Made by a program: the position numbers and the translations under genes. The notes below the pieces were generated by a model. It did no database searches and was not told the DNA's origin. It worked only from the letters and a program-made list of their open reading frames with translations. Of a stretch of 64,000 nucleotides of DNA, positions 54,167 through 62,618 are shown one piece after another (the first letter of the stretch is position 1; every line of letters begins with the position of its first letter). The stretch lies in NCBI GenBank assembly GCA_945870505.1, contig CAMBSN010000001.1, positions 4,795 to 68,794 of the forward strand, in the 5' to 3' direction. The stretch comes from Candidatus Kuenenia stuttgartensis (GTDB lineage Bacteria > Planctomycetota > Planctomycetia > Pirellulales > UBA1268).

Positions 54167-54226
54167 TTTCCCTCTTTCGTCGGCGGCCGTGACTCCGCCG
54201 AGGGAAATCAACCAAGGAATACAACC

Positions 54227-55057
54227 ATGGCTACTCGTCGCGTCGGTCTTGCCTTTCTTGCCGTGCTCGCACTTGCGATTCAAGCATCCGCGGGTATCTA
54301 CGTCCCGCCGCAGGCAGCAGATATCAGCGGGACCACGCCCTCCGGGCTTTCCTGGTCGGCCGTCGCCACCGGAACGGCCCTTCCTATTCGCACCAGTGCC
54401 ACCAGTGCCTTTAACGGACAGCCCGGTGCCGTCGCCTACTTCAACACGCTGACGGGCCAGTTGCAGGTCGACCCCAAGGGACTCAACCTCAACTCGATGA
54501 TCATCACGTACACCACCGGCACGTTAAACATCAGTGGCACCACCCCTGGCCCGTTCACCTACGCAACTGGCACCGGCGCGAACGCGTACTCGCCGTTGAC
54601 CGGCACACCCAAAACGTTCCCCGCCAAAGACCCCACGACTGCCGGCCTTGCCCCGACCACGTTTCCCGCCCGCGTCGGTACCACTATCGGAGCTCCCCTG
54701 GCAGCGTCCCTGGCCACCACGGGCGACGTCGGCAACATTGCCTCCACCTCAGGCTTCTGGGATCTGGGATGGAGTTTCCCGCCGAATCTCGTGAACTCGG
54801 GCAGCGTCTCGGCGATGGTCATCAGCAACTTCAAGACGATCAACCAGAACTCGAATGCCAACGCCAACATCCTCGGCTACGGACTCGGATCTGCGACGTT
54901 CCAGTACGGGATCAATGGTGCCACTGGCACCCAGGTCGGTGCCGTGATCCCGGTGGTGCCGGAGCCTTCGACCTACGCTCTGCTCGGAGCCGCCTCGCTC
55001 GCCATCGGTGCCATCTGCCGGCGACGCAGTGGCACGAATGCCGCCGACGTCGGCTGA
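54227..55057 (+). CDS. PEP-CTERM sorting-domain secreted protein
   Basis: Signal peptide MATRRVGLAFLAVLALAIQASA. Thr/Gly-rich body. C-terminal VPEPSTYALLGAASLAIGAICRRR. Confidence 0.75.
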   Translation: MATRRVGLAFLAVLALAIQASAGIYVPPQAADISGTTPSGLSWSAVATGTALPIRTSATSAFNGQPGAVAYFNTLTGQLQVDPKGLNLNSMIITYTTGTLNISGTTPGPFTYATGTGANAYSPLTGTPKTFPAKDPTTAGLAPTTFPARVGTTIGAPLAASLATTGDVGNIASTSGFWDLGWSFPPNLVNSGSVSAMVISNFKTINQNSNANANILGYGLGSATFQYGINGATGTQVGAVIPVVPEPSTYALLGAASLAIGAICRRRSGTNAADVG

Positions 55058-55209
55058 CAGTTCCGCCGAGTTTGAGGAATCGATTCCTTGACCAGAGAAG
55101 TTCCCATGATTGTCGTTGCGATCGGTGTGACGTCTGAGGAGATCCGGCCGAAGCGCTAGCCCGTCACGGGGCTATGAAGCGGATTCGCAAAGCCCTTCCA
55201 CGGTAGACT

Positions 55210-55251
55210 GGGGCGGCAGGCCAAACGGGCCTGCCGCCCCTTTCCCGTTTT
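55210..55251 (+). terminator. Rho-independent terminator-like hairpin
   Basis: Perfect 13-bp stem GGGGCGGCAGGCC (55210-55222) / GGCCTGCCGCCCC (55228-55240), 5-nt loop AAACG, followed by TTTCCCGTTTT. Lies about 150 nt after the PEP-CTERM stop and 20 nt before the glnA ATG. Confidence 0.55.
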
Positions 55252-55270
55252 CAGCCCGGTAGGTGCCTGC

Positions 55271-56683
55271 ATGAAACCCCGCGAAGTGCTCGCGATGTGC
55301 CGCGAGAAGGAAGTCAAGGCCGTTGACCTGCGGTTCACCGACTTCCTCGGGGCCTGGCAGCACTTCACGATCCCCGTTGCCAAGCTCGAGGAAGACACCT
55401 TCTCCGCCGGCCTCGGTTTCGACGGCTCGAGCATCCGCGGCTGGCAGGCGATCAACGAGAGCGACATGCTGCTCGTGCCCGAACCCACGACCGCCTTTGT
55501 TGACCCGTTCGCCTCGATCCCCACGCTCGTAATGATCTGCATGGTGCAGGATCCGATCACGAGGGAAGACTATTCCCGCGACCCGCGCAACATCGCCCGC
55601 AAGGCGGTCAACTACTTAAAGTCCACCGGCATTGCCGACACCTGCTTCATCGGCCCCGAGGCCGAGTTCTTCGTGTTCGACGACGTCCGCTTCGACCAAA
55701 ACGCCCATGAGGGCTACTTCCACCTCGATTCGTGCGAGGCCGAGTGGAACCGGGGCCGCGCCGAGGGACCAAACCTCGGCTACAAGCTCCGGCACAAGGA
55801 GGGCTACTTCCCTTGCGCCCCATCCGATCAGCTGATGGACGTCCGCAACGAGATGATGCAGACGATGATCCACTGCGGGATCGACGTCGAGGCCCAGCAC
55901 CACGAAGTGGCCACGGCGGGCCAGTGCGAGATCGACATGCGGTTTCAGGAACTCGTCCGCATGGCCGATCAGATGTGCCTCTACAAATACATCGTGCGGA
56001 ACGTCGCCCGCCGGCACGGCAAGACGGCCACCTTCATGCCCAAGCCGATCTTCGGCGACAACGGCTCCGGCATGCACACCCACATCTCGCTCTGGAAGGA
56101 AGGCCACCCGCTGTTCGCCGGCACGGGCTACGCCGGCCTCTCCGAGATGGCCCTCCACGCCATAGGCGGCATCCTCCGCCACGCCCCGGCGATCCTCGCG
56201 ATCTCGAATCCCACCACCAACAGCTACAAGCGGCTCGTGCCCGGCTACGAGGCCCCAGTCAACCTCGCCTACTCGCAGCGAAACCGCTCGGCCAGCTGCC
56301 GGATCCCGATGTATTCGGCGAGCCCGAAAACAAAGCGGGTGGAGTTCCGCTGCCCCGACCCGACCTGCAATCCATACCTCGCCTTCTCGGCGATCCTGCT
56401 GGCAGCGATCGACGGCATCCAAAACAAGAACCACCCGGGCGAGCCGCTCGACCGCGACATCTACGACATGCCGCCGGAGGAACTGAAGCACGTGCCCAAG
56501 GCCCCGGCCTCGCTCGACGAGGCCTGCGACGCTCTGGAGCGAGACAGCGGCTTCTTGCTTCGTGGCGACGTGTTCACCGACGACGTGATCGCGACGTGGC
56601 TGAAGTGGAAGCGGCAGCGAGAGATCGACCCGATGCGGCTCCGGCCGCATCCGTATGAGTTCTGCCTGTACTTTGACGCCTGA
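55271..56683 (+). CDS. glnA: Glutamine synthetase type I
   Basis: [52 protein letters not shown]. The adenylylation-loop-like [11 protein letters not shown] retains the Tyr. 470 aa. Confidence 0.93.
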   Translation: MKPREVLAMCREKEVKAVDLRFTDFLGAWQHFTIPVAKLEEDTFSAGLGFDGSSIRGWQAINESDMLLVPEPTTAFVDPFASIPTLVMICMVQDPITREDYSRDPRNIARKAVNYLKSTGIADTCFIGPEAEFFVFDDVRFDQNAHEGYFHLDSCEAEWNRGRAEGPNLGYKLRHKEGYFPCAPSDQLMDVRNEMMQTMIHCGIDVEAQHHEVATAGQCEIDMRFQELVRMADQMCLYKYIVRNVARRHGKTATFMPKPIFGDNGSGMHTHISLWKEGHPLFAGTGYAGLSEMALHAIGGILRHAPAILAISNPTTNSYKRLVPGYEAPVNLAYSQRNRSASCRIPMYSASPKTKRVEFRCPDPTCNPYLAFSAILLAAIDGIQNKNHPGEPLDRDIYDMPPEELKHVPKAPASLDEACDALERDSGFLLRGDVFTDDVIATWLKWKRQREIDPMRLRPHPYEFCLYFDA

Positions 56684-56797
56684 CGAGCCCTCCACGAGCA
56701 ACGGATTGATGAAGCCCGCGGTTGGACGGTGACTCCGGCCGCCATCCCCTCGCTGGCGCTCGGGGCTTGCTGAGTGCGTCCAGCGAGGTATCAGCGA

Positions 56798-56975
56798 GGG
56801 GCTGCCCGTGCCCGGGAGCCGGCGTTGCTGGCCAGCAAAGCCAGGATGGCGAAGCGCAGCCAGCATCGAGTGAGCGAAGGGCAGGATGCCCGGAGCGAAC
56901 GTCCGGCGACGGGCATGGGCAGCCCCGAGCGGCGGCCGACGCCGGTGAGGCACAGGTTGAAAACCTGTGCTACGG
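56798..56975. repeat. Intergenic repeat, copy F (inverted-repeat-bounded module 56798-56926 plus palindrome 56950-56975; opposite orientation to copies B and C)
   Basis: GGGGCTGCCCGTGCC...GGGCATGGGCAGCCCC. Palindrome GCACAGGTTGAAAACCTGTGCTACGG. Confidence 0.85.
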
Positions 56976-58604
56976 GTTTGTCATCACGAAGCCCACGTCG
57001 TCGTTGCCGTCCGGGGCTGAATCTCGCCACGGCGGAGGCCCGCCGTCGTCGCCGCCGTCGGGCCCGATCGAATAGACCGAGAGCCCATCGTCACCCCGCT
57101 TCATCACGAGCGGCTTGCCGCCCTCGGCAAACGGGTCCGCAGGCAGCATGAATGGCGGCGTGTCCCCGAACGCTGCCGGCTCGAGCGGGAGCACGCCGGT
57201 CGCCAGCCGCTGCTTCGTGGCCGCCACGAGTACCGTGGCCGCGCGGTGCGCCGTTTCACTGCGAGCGCGGGCCTGAAACACACTGCTGAGTGCGGGAACC
57301 ATCATCCGGGAGAGCATCCCGGGCGGATGCTCGAGCAGATTCTTTTCCAGGGTCTCAGCCTCTCGCTTCATCTGCGGGTAGTCCGTGCGTTCCTCACGGC
57401 GGGCCGCCAGTTGCTCAAAGCTTCGCATCAGCCGCCGGTATCCGTCGAGGTCGCCCGGCAGGAAAAACACCCGGAAGATCGGGCCGACGTCGCAGACCTT
57501 GGACACCTTGTCCGCCTGATCAGGACCGAAAACCTCGCTCGACGCCATCCGTCCATCAGCGAATCCCGCGAAGCTCGCGAGTCCAAACGCCTCCTCGCCA
57601 TAGAGCGCTGGCAGGAGGTCGAGCGGGCGGCCTACGAGATCGCGGACCTCCGGCGAATCGAGGAGCGGCGCGTCGGCGGCGGCCAACCGTGGCAGCAGGT
57701 CGGCGAGTTCCGCCAGGGCGACGTGATCGAGGGCGTTGCCCACGAGATACGACACCAGGATCGGCTCCGCTGCCGCATGACGGCCGAGTCGCTGAATCCG
57801 GACGATGTCGGCCAATGCGTCGGCGTGCCGCCCCTCGGCCGCAGCCCGCCGCGCGGCAAGGGCCAGAAGCCGGCTCTCACTCCGGATCATCTGGACTTCC
57901 GAGAGGATCATGGCCATCGACGGCCGGCTCCAGTCGCGGGTGAAGCGACAGGCGTCGCGGTCGGCAGCGCGGCGGATCAGTTCCAGCGTCGCCGCATGAC
58001 GGGCGAGAAACATCGTGACCGCCTCTCGCATTACGTCGCCGGTTGGATCGATCGGCGAATCCTCGGCGCCAAACTCTTTGTCGGCCACGATCGCCGCACC
58101 GGCCTGCAGGTGCAGGGGCGCAGCGTTCTCGTCGTCGGCCACGATCGGCGGCAGGTTCCCCTGTATCAGGCTCGCGGCCTCGAGCCGCAAGTACGGAGCC
58201 TGGGCGACGACCGCGTTGTCGAGGATCAGGAGCACACCCGCGGTCACGGCCGCGGCGATCGTAGCCAGCGCGATGAGGCCGATGAGCGGCCAGCGGGCGG
58301 CCGGCGGCTCGCCCCCGTCGCGCGGCGTAAGGCCGGCCCGCACGATCCACGCGCCGCCGATCACGAGCGACAAGAGCACCGTGATCACCTGCGGAAACCA
58401 GTTTGGATGGATCCGCATCCCGAACGCGAGCCACCACGCTGCCGCCACGACGGGGAGCAGCGTGATCACGGGCAGGGCGGCCCCCACCGCCGCGAGGAGG
58501 GCCTTGAGCCAGCCCCGCTCCACCCTGGCCGCCGCCGCCGTGCAGGCCGCCGTCCAGAGCAGCCCCGCTGCCCCGGCGAACAGAAAAAACAAACCATGTC
58601 CCAT
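56970..58604 (-). CDS. Hypothetical membrane-anchored protein (544 aa)
   Basis: About 5 N-terminal helices (LFFLFAGAAGLLWTAA, LLAAVGAALPVITLLPVVAAAWWLAF, VITVLLSLVIGGAWIV, LIGLIALATIAAAVTAGVLLIL). Helical body. C-terminal LSVYSIGPDGGDDGG motif, which I recall as recurrent in this lineage (memory only). Confidence 0.6.
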   Translation of the reverse strand: MGHGLFFLFAGAAGLLWTAACTAAAARVERGWLKALLAAVGAALPVITLLPVVAAAWWLAFGMRIHPNWFPQVITVLLSLVIGGAWIVRAGLTPRDGGEPPAARWPLIGLIALATIAAAVTAGVLLILDNAVVAQAPYLRLEAASLIQGNLPPIVADDENAAPLHLQAGAAIVADKEFGAEDSPIDPTGDVMREAVTMFLARHAATLELIRRAADRDACRFTRDWSRPSMAMILSEVQMIRSESRLLALAARRAAAEGRHADALADIVRIQRLGRHAAAEPILVSYLVGNALDHVALAELADLLPRLAAADAPLLDSPEVRDLVGRPLDLLPALYGEEAFGLASFAGFADGRMASSEVFGPDQADKVSKVCDVGPIFRVFFLPGDLDGYRRLMRSFEQLAARREERTDYPQMKREAETLEKNLLEHPPGMLSRMMVPALSSVFQARARSETAHRAATVLVAATKQRLATGVLPLEPAAFGDTPPFMLPADPFAEGGKPLVMKRGDDGLSVYSIGPDGGDDGGPPPWRDSAPDGNDDVGFVMTNP

Positions 58605-58996
58605 CAGGGAGCCTCCACGATCAGCCCGGGGACGTGCGAGAAATGTTCATGGTAAGCAACGATCCGGCCGCCGTTCTCCAACGCGGCGGCCGCGATCCAG
58701 ATGTCGTTGGTGGGAATAGGCGTCCCATGCCGACGCAGCGTTGCCACCAACGCCCCGTATCGCTCCGCCACGTTGTCGGTGATATCGATCAGACTGACGC
58801 CGGGCTGCCGCCGAAACTGGCCCAAGAGGGCCACGTTCTCCGCGGCCCGCGAACCCGCATGAAAACCGGCATGGAGCTCACCGAGGACGGTGGCCGGGAT
58901 GCATACTTCGTCAGCGTGCTCGAGCAGGGTCTGAAGCGGCGTGTGGCCCCGCATAAGCCGGCTGTAGCCGCTTGTGTCGAGGCACAGGCGGATCAC
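58604..58996 (-). CDS. vapC: PIN-domain toxin VapC
   Basis: MIRLCLDTSGY (first acidic residue), LGELHAG, TNDIWIAAAALENG. 130 aa. 4-bp overlap with the upstream antitoxin gene. Confidence 0.85.
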   Translation of the reverse strand: MIRLCLDTSGYSRLMRGHTPLQTLLEHADEVCIPATVLGELHAGFHAGSRAAENVALLGQFRRQPGVSLIDITDNVAERYGALVATLRRHGTPIPTNDIWIAAAALENGGRIVAYHEHFSHVPGLIVEAP

Positions 58997-59244
58997 TGCC
59001 AGACCTCCTCGTCGAGCCGTTCAAGCTGCCCAACTGCCTCGTCAAACGCGGCTGCCTCGTCGGAAGTCCAACGCCCACCGAACGCCGTCAGGTCTCGCTT
59101 TGGTCCGGTGGGCCGAGTGATCCCGGTGACCTCTTCCAACAGGCGGACCACGGTCTGATTCAGGCTGCTTCCCGTACGACTCGCGAGCTGCCGCAGCCTG
59201 GCTTCGACCGATTCAGGGAGGTTGCGGACAGTGATTTGAGGCAT
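58993..59244 (-). CDS. vapB: Ribbon-helix-helix antitoxin (VapB/FitA-like)
   Basis: MPQITVRNLPESVEARLRQLASRTGSSLNQTVVRLL has typical RHH N-terminal beta-strand plus helices. 83 aa. Precedes vapC. Confidence 0.75.
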   Translation of the reverse strand: MPQITVRNLPESVEARLRQLASRTGSSLNQTVVRLLEEVTGITRPTGPKRDLTAFGGRWTSDEAAAFDEAVGQLERLDEEVWQ

Positions 59245-59256
59245 AAATGAATCCAG

Positions 59257-59294
59257 AATGCCTGCATTTTAGCATGCATTAAGCAATCGCTCAA
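59257..59294 (-). promoter_or_regulatory. Candidate vapBC promoter with overlapping dyad-symmetric operator
   Basis: On the minus strand: TTGAGC (59294-59289), 17-bp spacer, TAAAAT (59271-59266), 21 nt before the ATG. Dyads TGCAT-N6-ATGCA (59263-59278) and AATGC...GCATT (59257-59280) overlap the -10. The region is locally low in GC. Confidence 0.45.
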
Positions 59295-59379
59295 AACCTT
59301 CGGTTTCCAGCCTGCCACACCCGCCCTATTCTGGAAGCATCTCCGGGCCGTGATGCCCGCCTTGCGCACTGGAGCCACC

Positions 59380-61149
59380 ATGGCAGACGCCGAACCCACC
59401 GATATCCTCGCCGCCACCGCCCCCAAGCCCTCCGCCGTGGAGCTGACCAAGTCTGCGAGCAACTATCTCGCGGGCGACATCGCCAAGGAACTCACCGACG
59501 GTGCCGCCGGTTTCGGCAAGGGCTCGATCCAGCTGCTCAAGAACCACGGCACCTACCAACAGGACGACCGCGAGACCCGGAAGAAGTCGGCCGACGGCAA
59601 GAAGAGCGAGCGGCAGGTCTCGTTCATGATCCGCACCTGCGTGCCCGGCGGCAAGCTGACGGCGGCGCAGCTGCTCTCGGCGATCGACCTGGGCGACGAG
59701 GTGGGCAACGGCACGATCCGGCTCACCACCCGGCAGGCGATCCAGCACCACGGGGTGGTGAAGGGGGATCTCAAGCCCTTCATGCGGCGGATCCACGACG
59801 TCCAGATGTCCTCGCTGGCCGCCTGCGGCGACGTCGAGCGGAACATCATGTGCTGCCCGGCCCCGATCCACGGCAACCCGGTTCGCGACGAGATGCAGGC
59901 CAAGGTGGACGAACTGGCCAAACACCTCGCCCCGCGGACGCGGGCCTACTACGAGATCTGGCTGACCGACCCCGACACGGGCGAGAAGACGCTTGCCGGG
60001 GGCACCTCGGCCGACAAAGACGTAGAGCCTATCTACGGCCCCACCTACCTGCCGAGGAAGTTCAAGACGGCCTTCGCACTTCCTGAGGACAACTGCACTG
60101 ACGTCTACGCCAACGACCTCGGCTTTCTCGTCGTCCACGAGAACGGGAAAATCCTCGGCTACAACGTGCTGGCGGGCGGCGGGATGGGCGTGACGCCGAG
60201 TGCCGCCAAGACCTTTCCTGCCCTCGGCAAGCGGCTCGGCTTCGTGCCCCCGGAAGACGTGTGCGCGATTGCCGAGGCGATCATCAAGGTGCAGCGGGAC
60301 TTCGGCAACCGCTCCGACCGCAAGACGGCCCGCCTCAAGTACACGATCCACACGATGGGCCTCGAGGCCTTCCGCACGAAGGTCGAGGAGTATTTCGGCA
60401 AGCCGCTGGCCCCCTGCCATCCGGCCGATGTCCACGGCTTCGACGACCACATCGGCTGGTTCGAGCAGGGGGACGGAAAGTATTTCTATGGGCTCAACGT
60501 CGAAAACGGCCGGGTGCACGACACCGGCGACTTCCGGCTCAAGACGGCGCTGCGGCGGATCCTGCACGACATCAAGCTGGGCGTGCGGATCACGGCGCAC
60601 CAGAGCCTGCTGTTCACCGACCTCGCCATCACCGACCGCGAACGGATCGTGAAGATCCTCCACGACCACGGCGTGAAGATCTCCGAGGAGATCTCCACCT
60701 TGCGCCGCTGGAGCATGGCCTGCGTGGCCCTGCCCACCTGCGGCCTGGCCGTGGCCGAGAGCGAGCGGGTGCTGCCCGGGCTCATCGACTCGCTCGAGCC
60801 CGAGGTCGCGAAGCTCGGCCTCGCCCACGACGCCTTCACGGTGCGGATGACCGGCTGCCCCAACGCCTGCGCCCGCCCCTACAACTCCGACATCGGCATC
60901 GTCGGCCGGACCCTCGGCAAGTACACGATCTTTCTCGGCGGCCGCCTGCTCGGCGACCGGCTCAACGAGCAGTACAAGGACGTCGTCCCCTTCGAGGATC
61001 TGTCCAAGGAGATCACGGCCGTGCTCACCTGCTACAAGGCCGAACGGAAGGCCGGCGAGACGCTTGGCGACTTCTGCCACCGCAAGGGCGTCGATGGTGT
61101 CCGCACCTGGGCTGACCAGTGGCTTGCCGGCGCCCGCGGCCACGGCTGA
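59380..61149 (+). CDS. cysI: Assimilatory sulfite reductase hemoprotein (siroheme/4Fe-4S)
   Basis: LLKNHGTYQQDDRE. Cys clusters MACVALPTCGLA and TGCPNACARP. Two nitrite/sulfite reductase repeats. The electron donor (NADPH flavoprotein versus ferredoxin) cannot be decided from the sequence. Confidence 0.85.
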   Translation: MADAEPTDILAATAPKPSAVELTKSASNYLAGDIAKELTDGAAGFGKGSIQLLKNHGTYQQDDRETRKKSADGKKSERQVSFMIRTCVPGGKLTAAQLLSAIDLGDEVGNGTIRLTTRQAIQHHGVVKGDLKPFMRRIHDVQMSSLAACGDVERNIMCCPAPIHGNPVRDEMQAKVDELAKHLAPRTRAYYEIWLTDPDTGEKTLAGGTSADKDVEPIYGPTYLPRKFKTAFALPEDNCTDVYANDLGFLVVHENGKILGYNVLAGGGMGVTPSAAKTFPALGKRLGFVPPEDVCAIAEAIIKVQRDFGNRSDRKTARLKYTIHTMGLEAFRTKVEEYFGKPLAPCHPADVHGFDDHIGWFEQGDGKYFYGLNVENGRVHDTGDFRLKTALRRILHDIKLGVRITAHQSLLFTDLAITDRERIVKILHDHGVKISEEISTLRRWSMACVALPTCGLAVAESERVLPGLIDSLEPEVAKLGLAHDAFTVRMTGCPNACARPYNSDIGIVGRTLGKYTIFLGGRLLGDRLNEQYKDVVPFEDLSKEITAVLTCYKAERKAGETLGDFCHRKGVDGVRTWADQWLAGARGHG

Positions 61150-61184
61150 CCGTCGCCCCTCCCCCGAAAGCCCGGTCTCGCGCC

Positions 61185-62528
61185 ATGCGGCATCGAAGCT
61201 CGATCGTGGCCCTCGTGGTCGCAGCCGCGCTGGCGGCGACGGCAGGCGCCGAAACGCCACCCGCCGAAGTTCTCGACGTCGCCCCGGTCTGGGCAGGCCA
61301 TCCCGTCGGATTCTCGTTGCTCACCGTAAGCGACCGGCAGTTGGTCGGATTCTACAACGCCGACCGCCGACTCACCGTGGCGGTGCGGTCGCTCGGCGAG
61401 AAGGGCTGGACGTTCGTGCCGCTTCCCAGGCACACCGGCTGGGACAGCCACAACTCCATCGTGATGGCAGTCGACCGCGACGGTTTCGTGCACCTCGCAG
61501 CCGACATGCATGCCTCGCCGCTCGTCTCCTTCCGCTCGCGTCACCCGCTGAGTGAGCCGTTCACCGCCGACTCGTTCGAGCCGATGCACCGCATGATCGG
61601 CGACCAGGAGAGCCGCGTCACGTATCCCAGGTTTCTCCACGATGCCGCCGGCGATCTCGTGTTCATGTATCGGCACGGCTCGAGCGGCAATGGCGATCAG
61701 ATCCTCAACCGGTACGACGCCACAACCCGGCAGTGGCGTCGGCTCCTCGACCAGCCGCTCACGTGCGGAAGGGCCGGCGACGCGACGATGAACGCCTACT
61801 TCCACGGACCGGTCCACGGCCCCGACGGCTTCTTCCATCTCGCCTGGGTGTGGCGCGACACCCCCGACTGCGGCACCTGCCACGACGTCTGCTACGCCCG
61901 GAGTCGCGATCTCGTCTCCTGGGAGCGGAGCGACGGCACGCCGCTCGGGCTACCGATCACGGCGGCCACCTGCGAGGTCATCGATCCGGTTCCGGCGGGC
62001 GGGGGGCTGCTCAATGGCCTTGTGCGAATCGGCTTCGACGCGGCCCACCGTCCCGTGCTCTCCTATCACAAGTACGACGATACGGGCCGTTCGCAGATCT
62101 TCACCGCGCGGCTCGAGGATGGCCGCTGGCGGATTCGGCAGACGAGCGATTGGTTGGAACGCATCGCGTTTTCAGGCCGCGGCTCGATCGGCCTCGAGGC
62201 TTCCGTGGGGTCGGTGACGCTGGCCGACGACGGCACGCTGCTCCTGGATCACCGTACCCCGACCGAGAGCGGCACCTGGCGGCTCGACCCCGACACGCTT
62301 GCGGCCGTGGGGATCGCCGCTCCGCGACGCCGCACGCCCGCACCGCTCGGCCGCGTCGAATCGCCGTGGCCCGGAATGCAGGTCCGCTGGCAGAGCGACT
62401 CGGGCGTCCCGCCGCCTGGCCGACGATTCATGCTTCGCTGGGAGACCCTCGGCCCCAACCGCGACAGGCCACGGCCCGAGCCCCTGCCACCGCCGAACAT
62501 GCTCCGGGTGATCGAGGTCGCCGACTGA
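61185..62528 (+). CDS. Secreted BNR-4 repeat-like protein
   Basis: Signal peptide MRHRSSIVALVVAAALAATAGA. Motifs GWDSHNSIVMAVDRDGFVHLAADMHASPL, YRHGSSGNGDQI, FHLAWVWRD..., VCYARSRDLVSWERSDG. Confidence 0.6.
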   Translation: MRHRSSIVALVVAAALAATAGAETPPAEVLDVAPVWAGHPVGFSLLTVSDRQLVGFYNADRRLTVAVRSLGEKGWTFVPLPRHTGWDSHNSIVMAVDRDGFVHLAADMHASPLVSFRSRHPLSEPFTADSFEPMHRMIGDQESRVTYPRFLHDAAGDLVFMYRHGSSGNGDQILNRYDATTRQWRRLLDQPLTCGRAGDATMNAYFHGPVHGPDGFFHLAWVWRDTPDCGTCHDVCYARSRDLVSWERSDGTPLGLPITAATCEVIDPVPAGGGLLNGLVRIGFDAAHRPVLSYHKYDDTGRSQIFTARLEDGRWRIRQTSDWLERIAFSGRGSIGLEASVGSVTLADDGTLLLDHRTPTESGTWRLDPDTLAAVGIAAPRRRTPAPLGRVESPWPGMQVRWQSDSGVPPPGRRFMLRWETLGPNRDRPRPEPLPPPNMLRVIEVAD

Positions 62529-62577
62529 GACGCCGGTGCCTCCGTGAGTGCCTGGCGAGCGACACCGATCGAAGGCG

Positions 62578-62603
62578 GCACAGGTTGAAAACCTGTGCTA
62601 CGG
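62578..62603. repeat. Solo copy G of the palindromic core
   Basis: GCACAGGTTGAAAACCTGTGCTACGG is identical to the core at 56950-56975. Lies between convergent gene ends (62528 and 62619). Confidence 0.85.
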
Positions 62604-62618
62604 TGGAAGGCCTATGAC

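Noticed and set aside
53111-54283. 390-aa minus-strand ORF spanning the thrS 3' end, the small LigD_N-like gene and the AT-rich spacer
   Set aside because: Arg/Pro/Gly-rich nonsense over the coding parts. It crosses a clearly non-coding low-GC region.
55616-56953. 445-aa minus-strand ORF opposite glnA that runs into the repeat
   Set aside because: It is antisense to glnA. Its N-terminal part is translated from repeat copy F.
59326-61260. 644-aa minus-strand ORF opposite the sulfite reductase gene
   Set aside because: Shadow ORF with no motifs. The plus strand has the siroheme/4Fe-4S Cys clusters.
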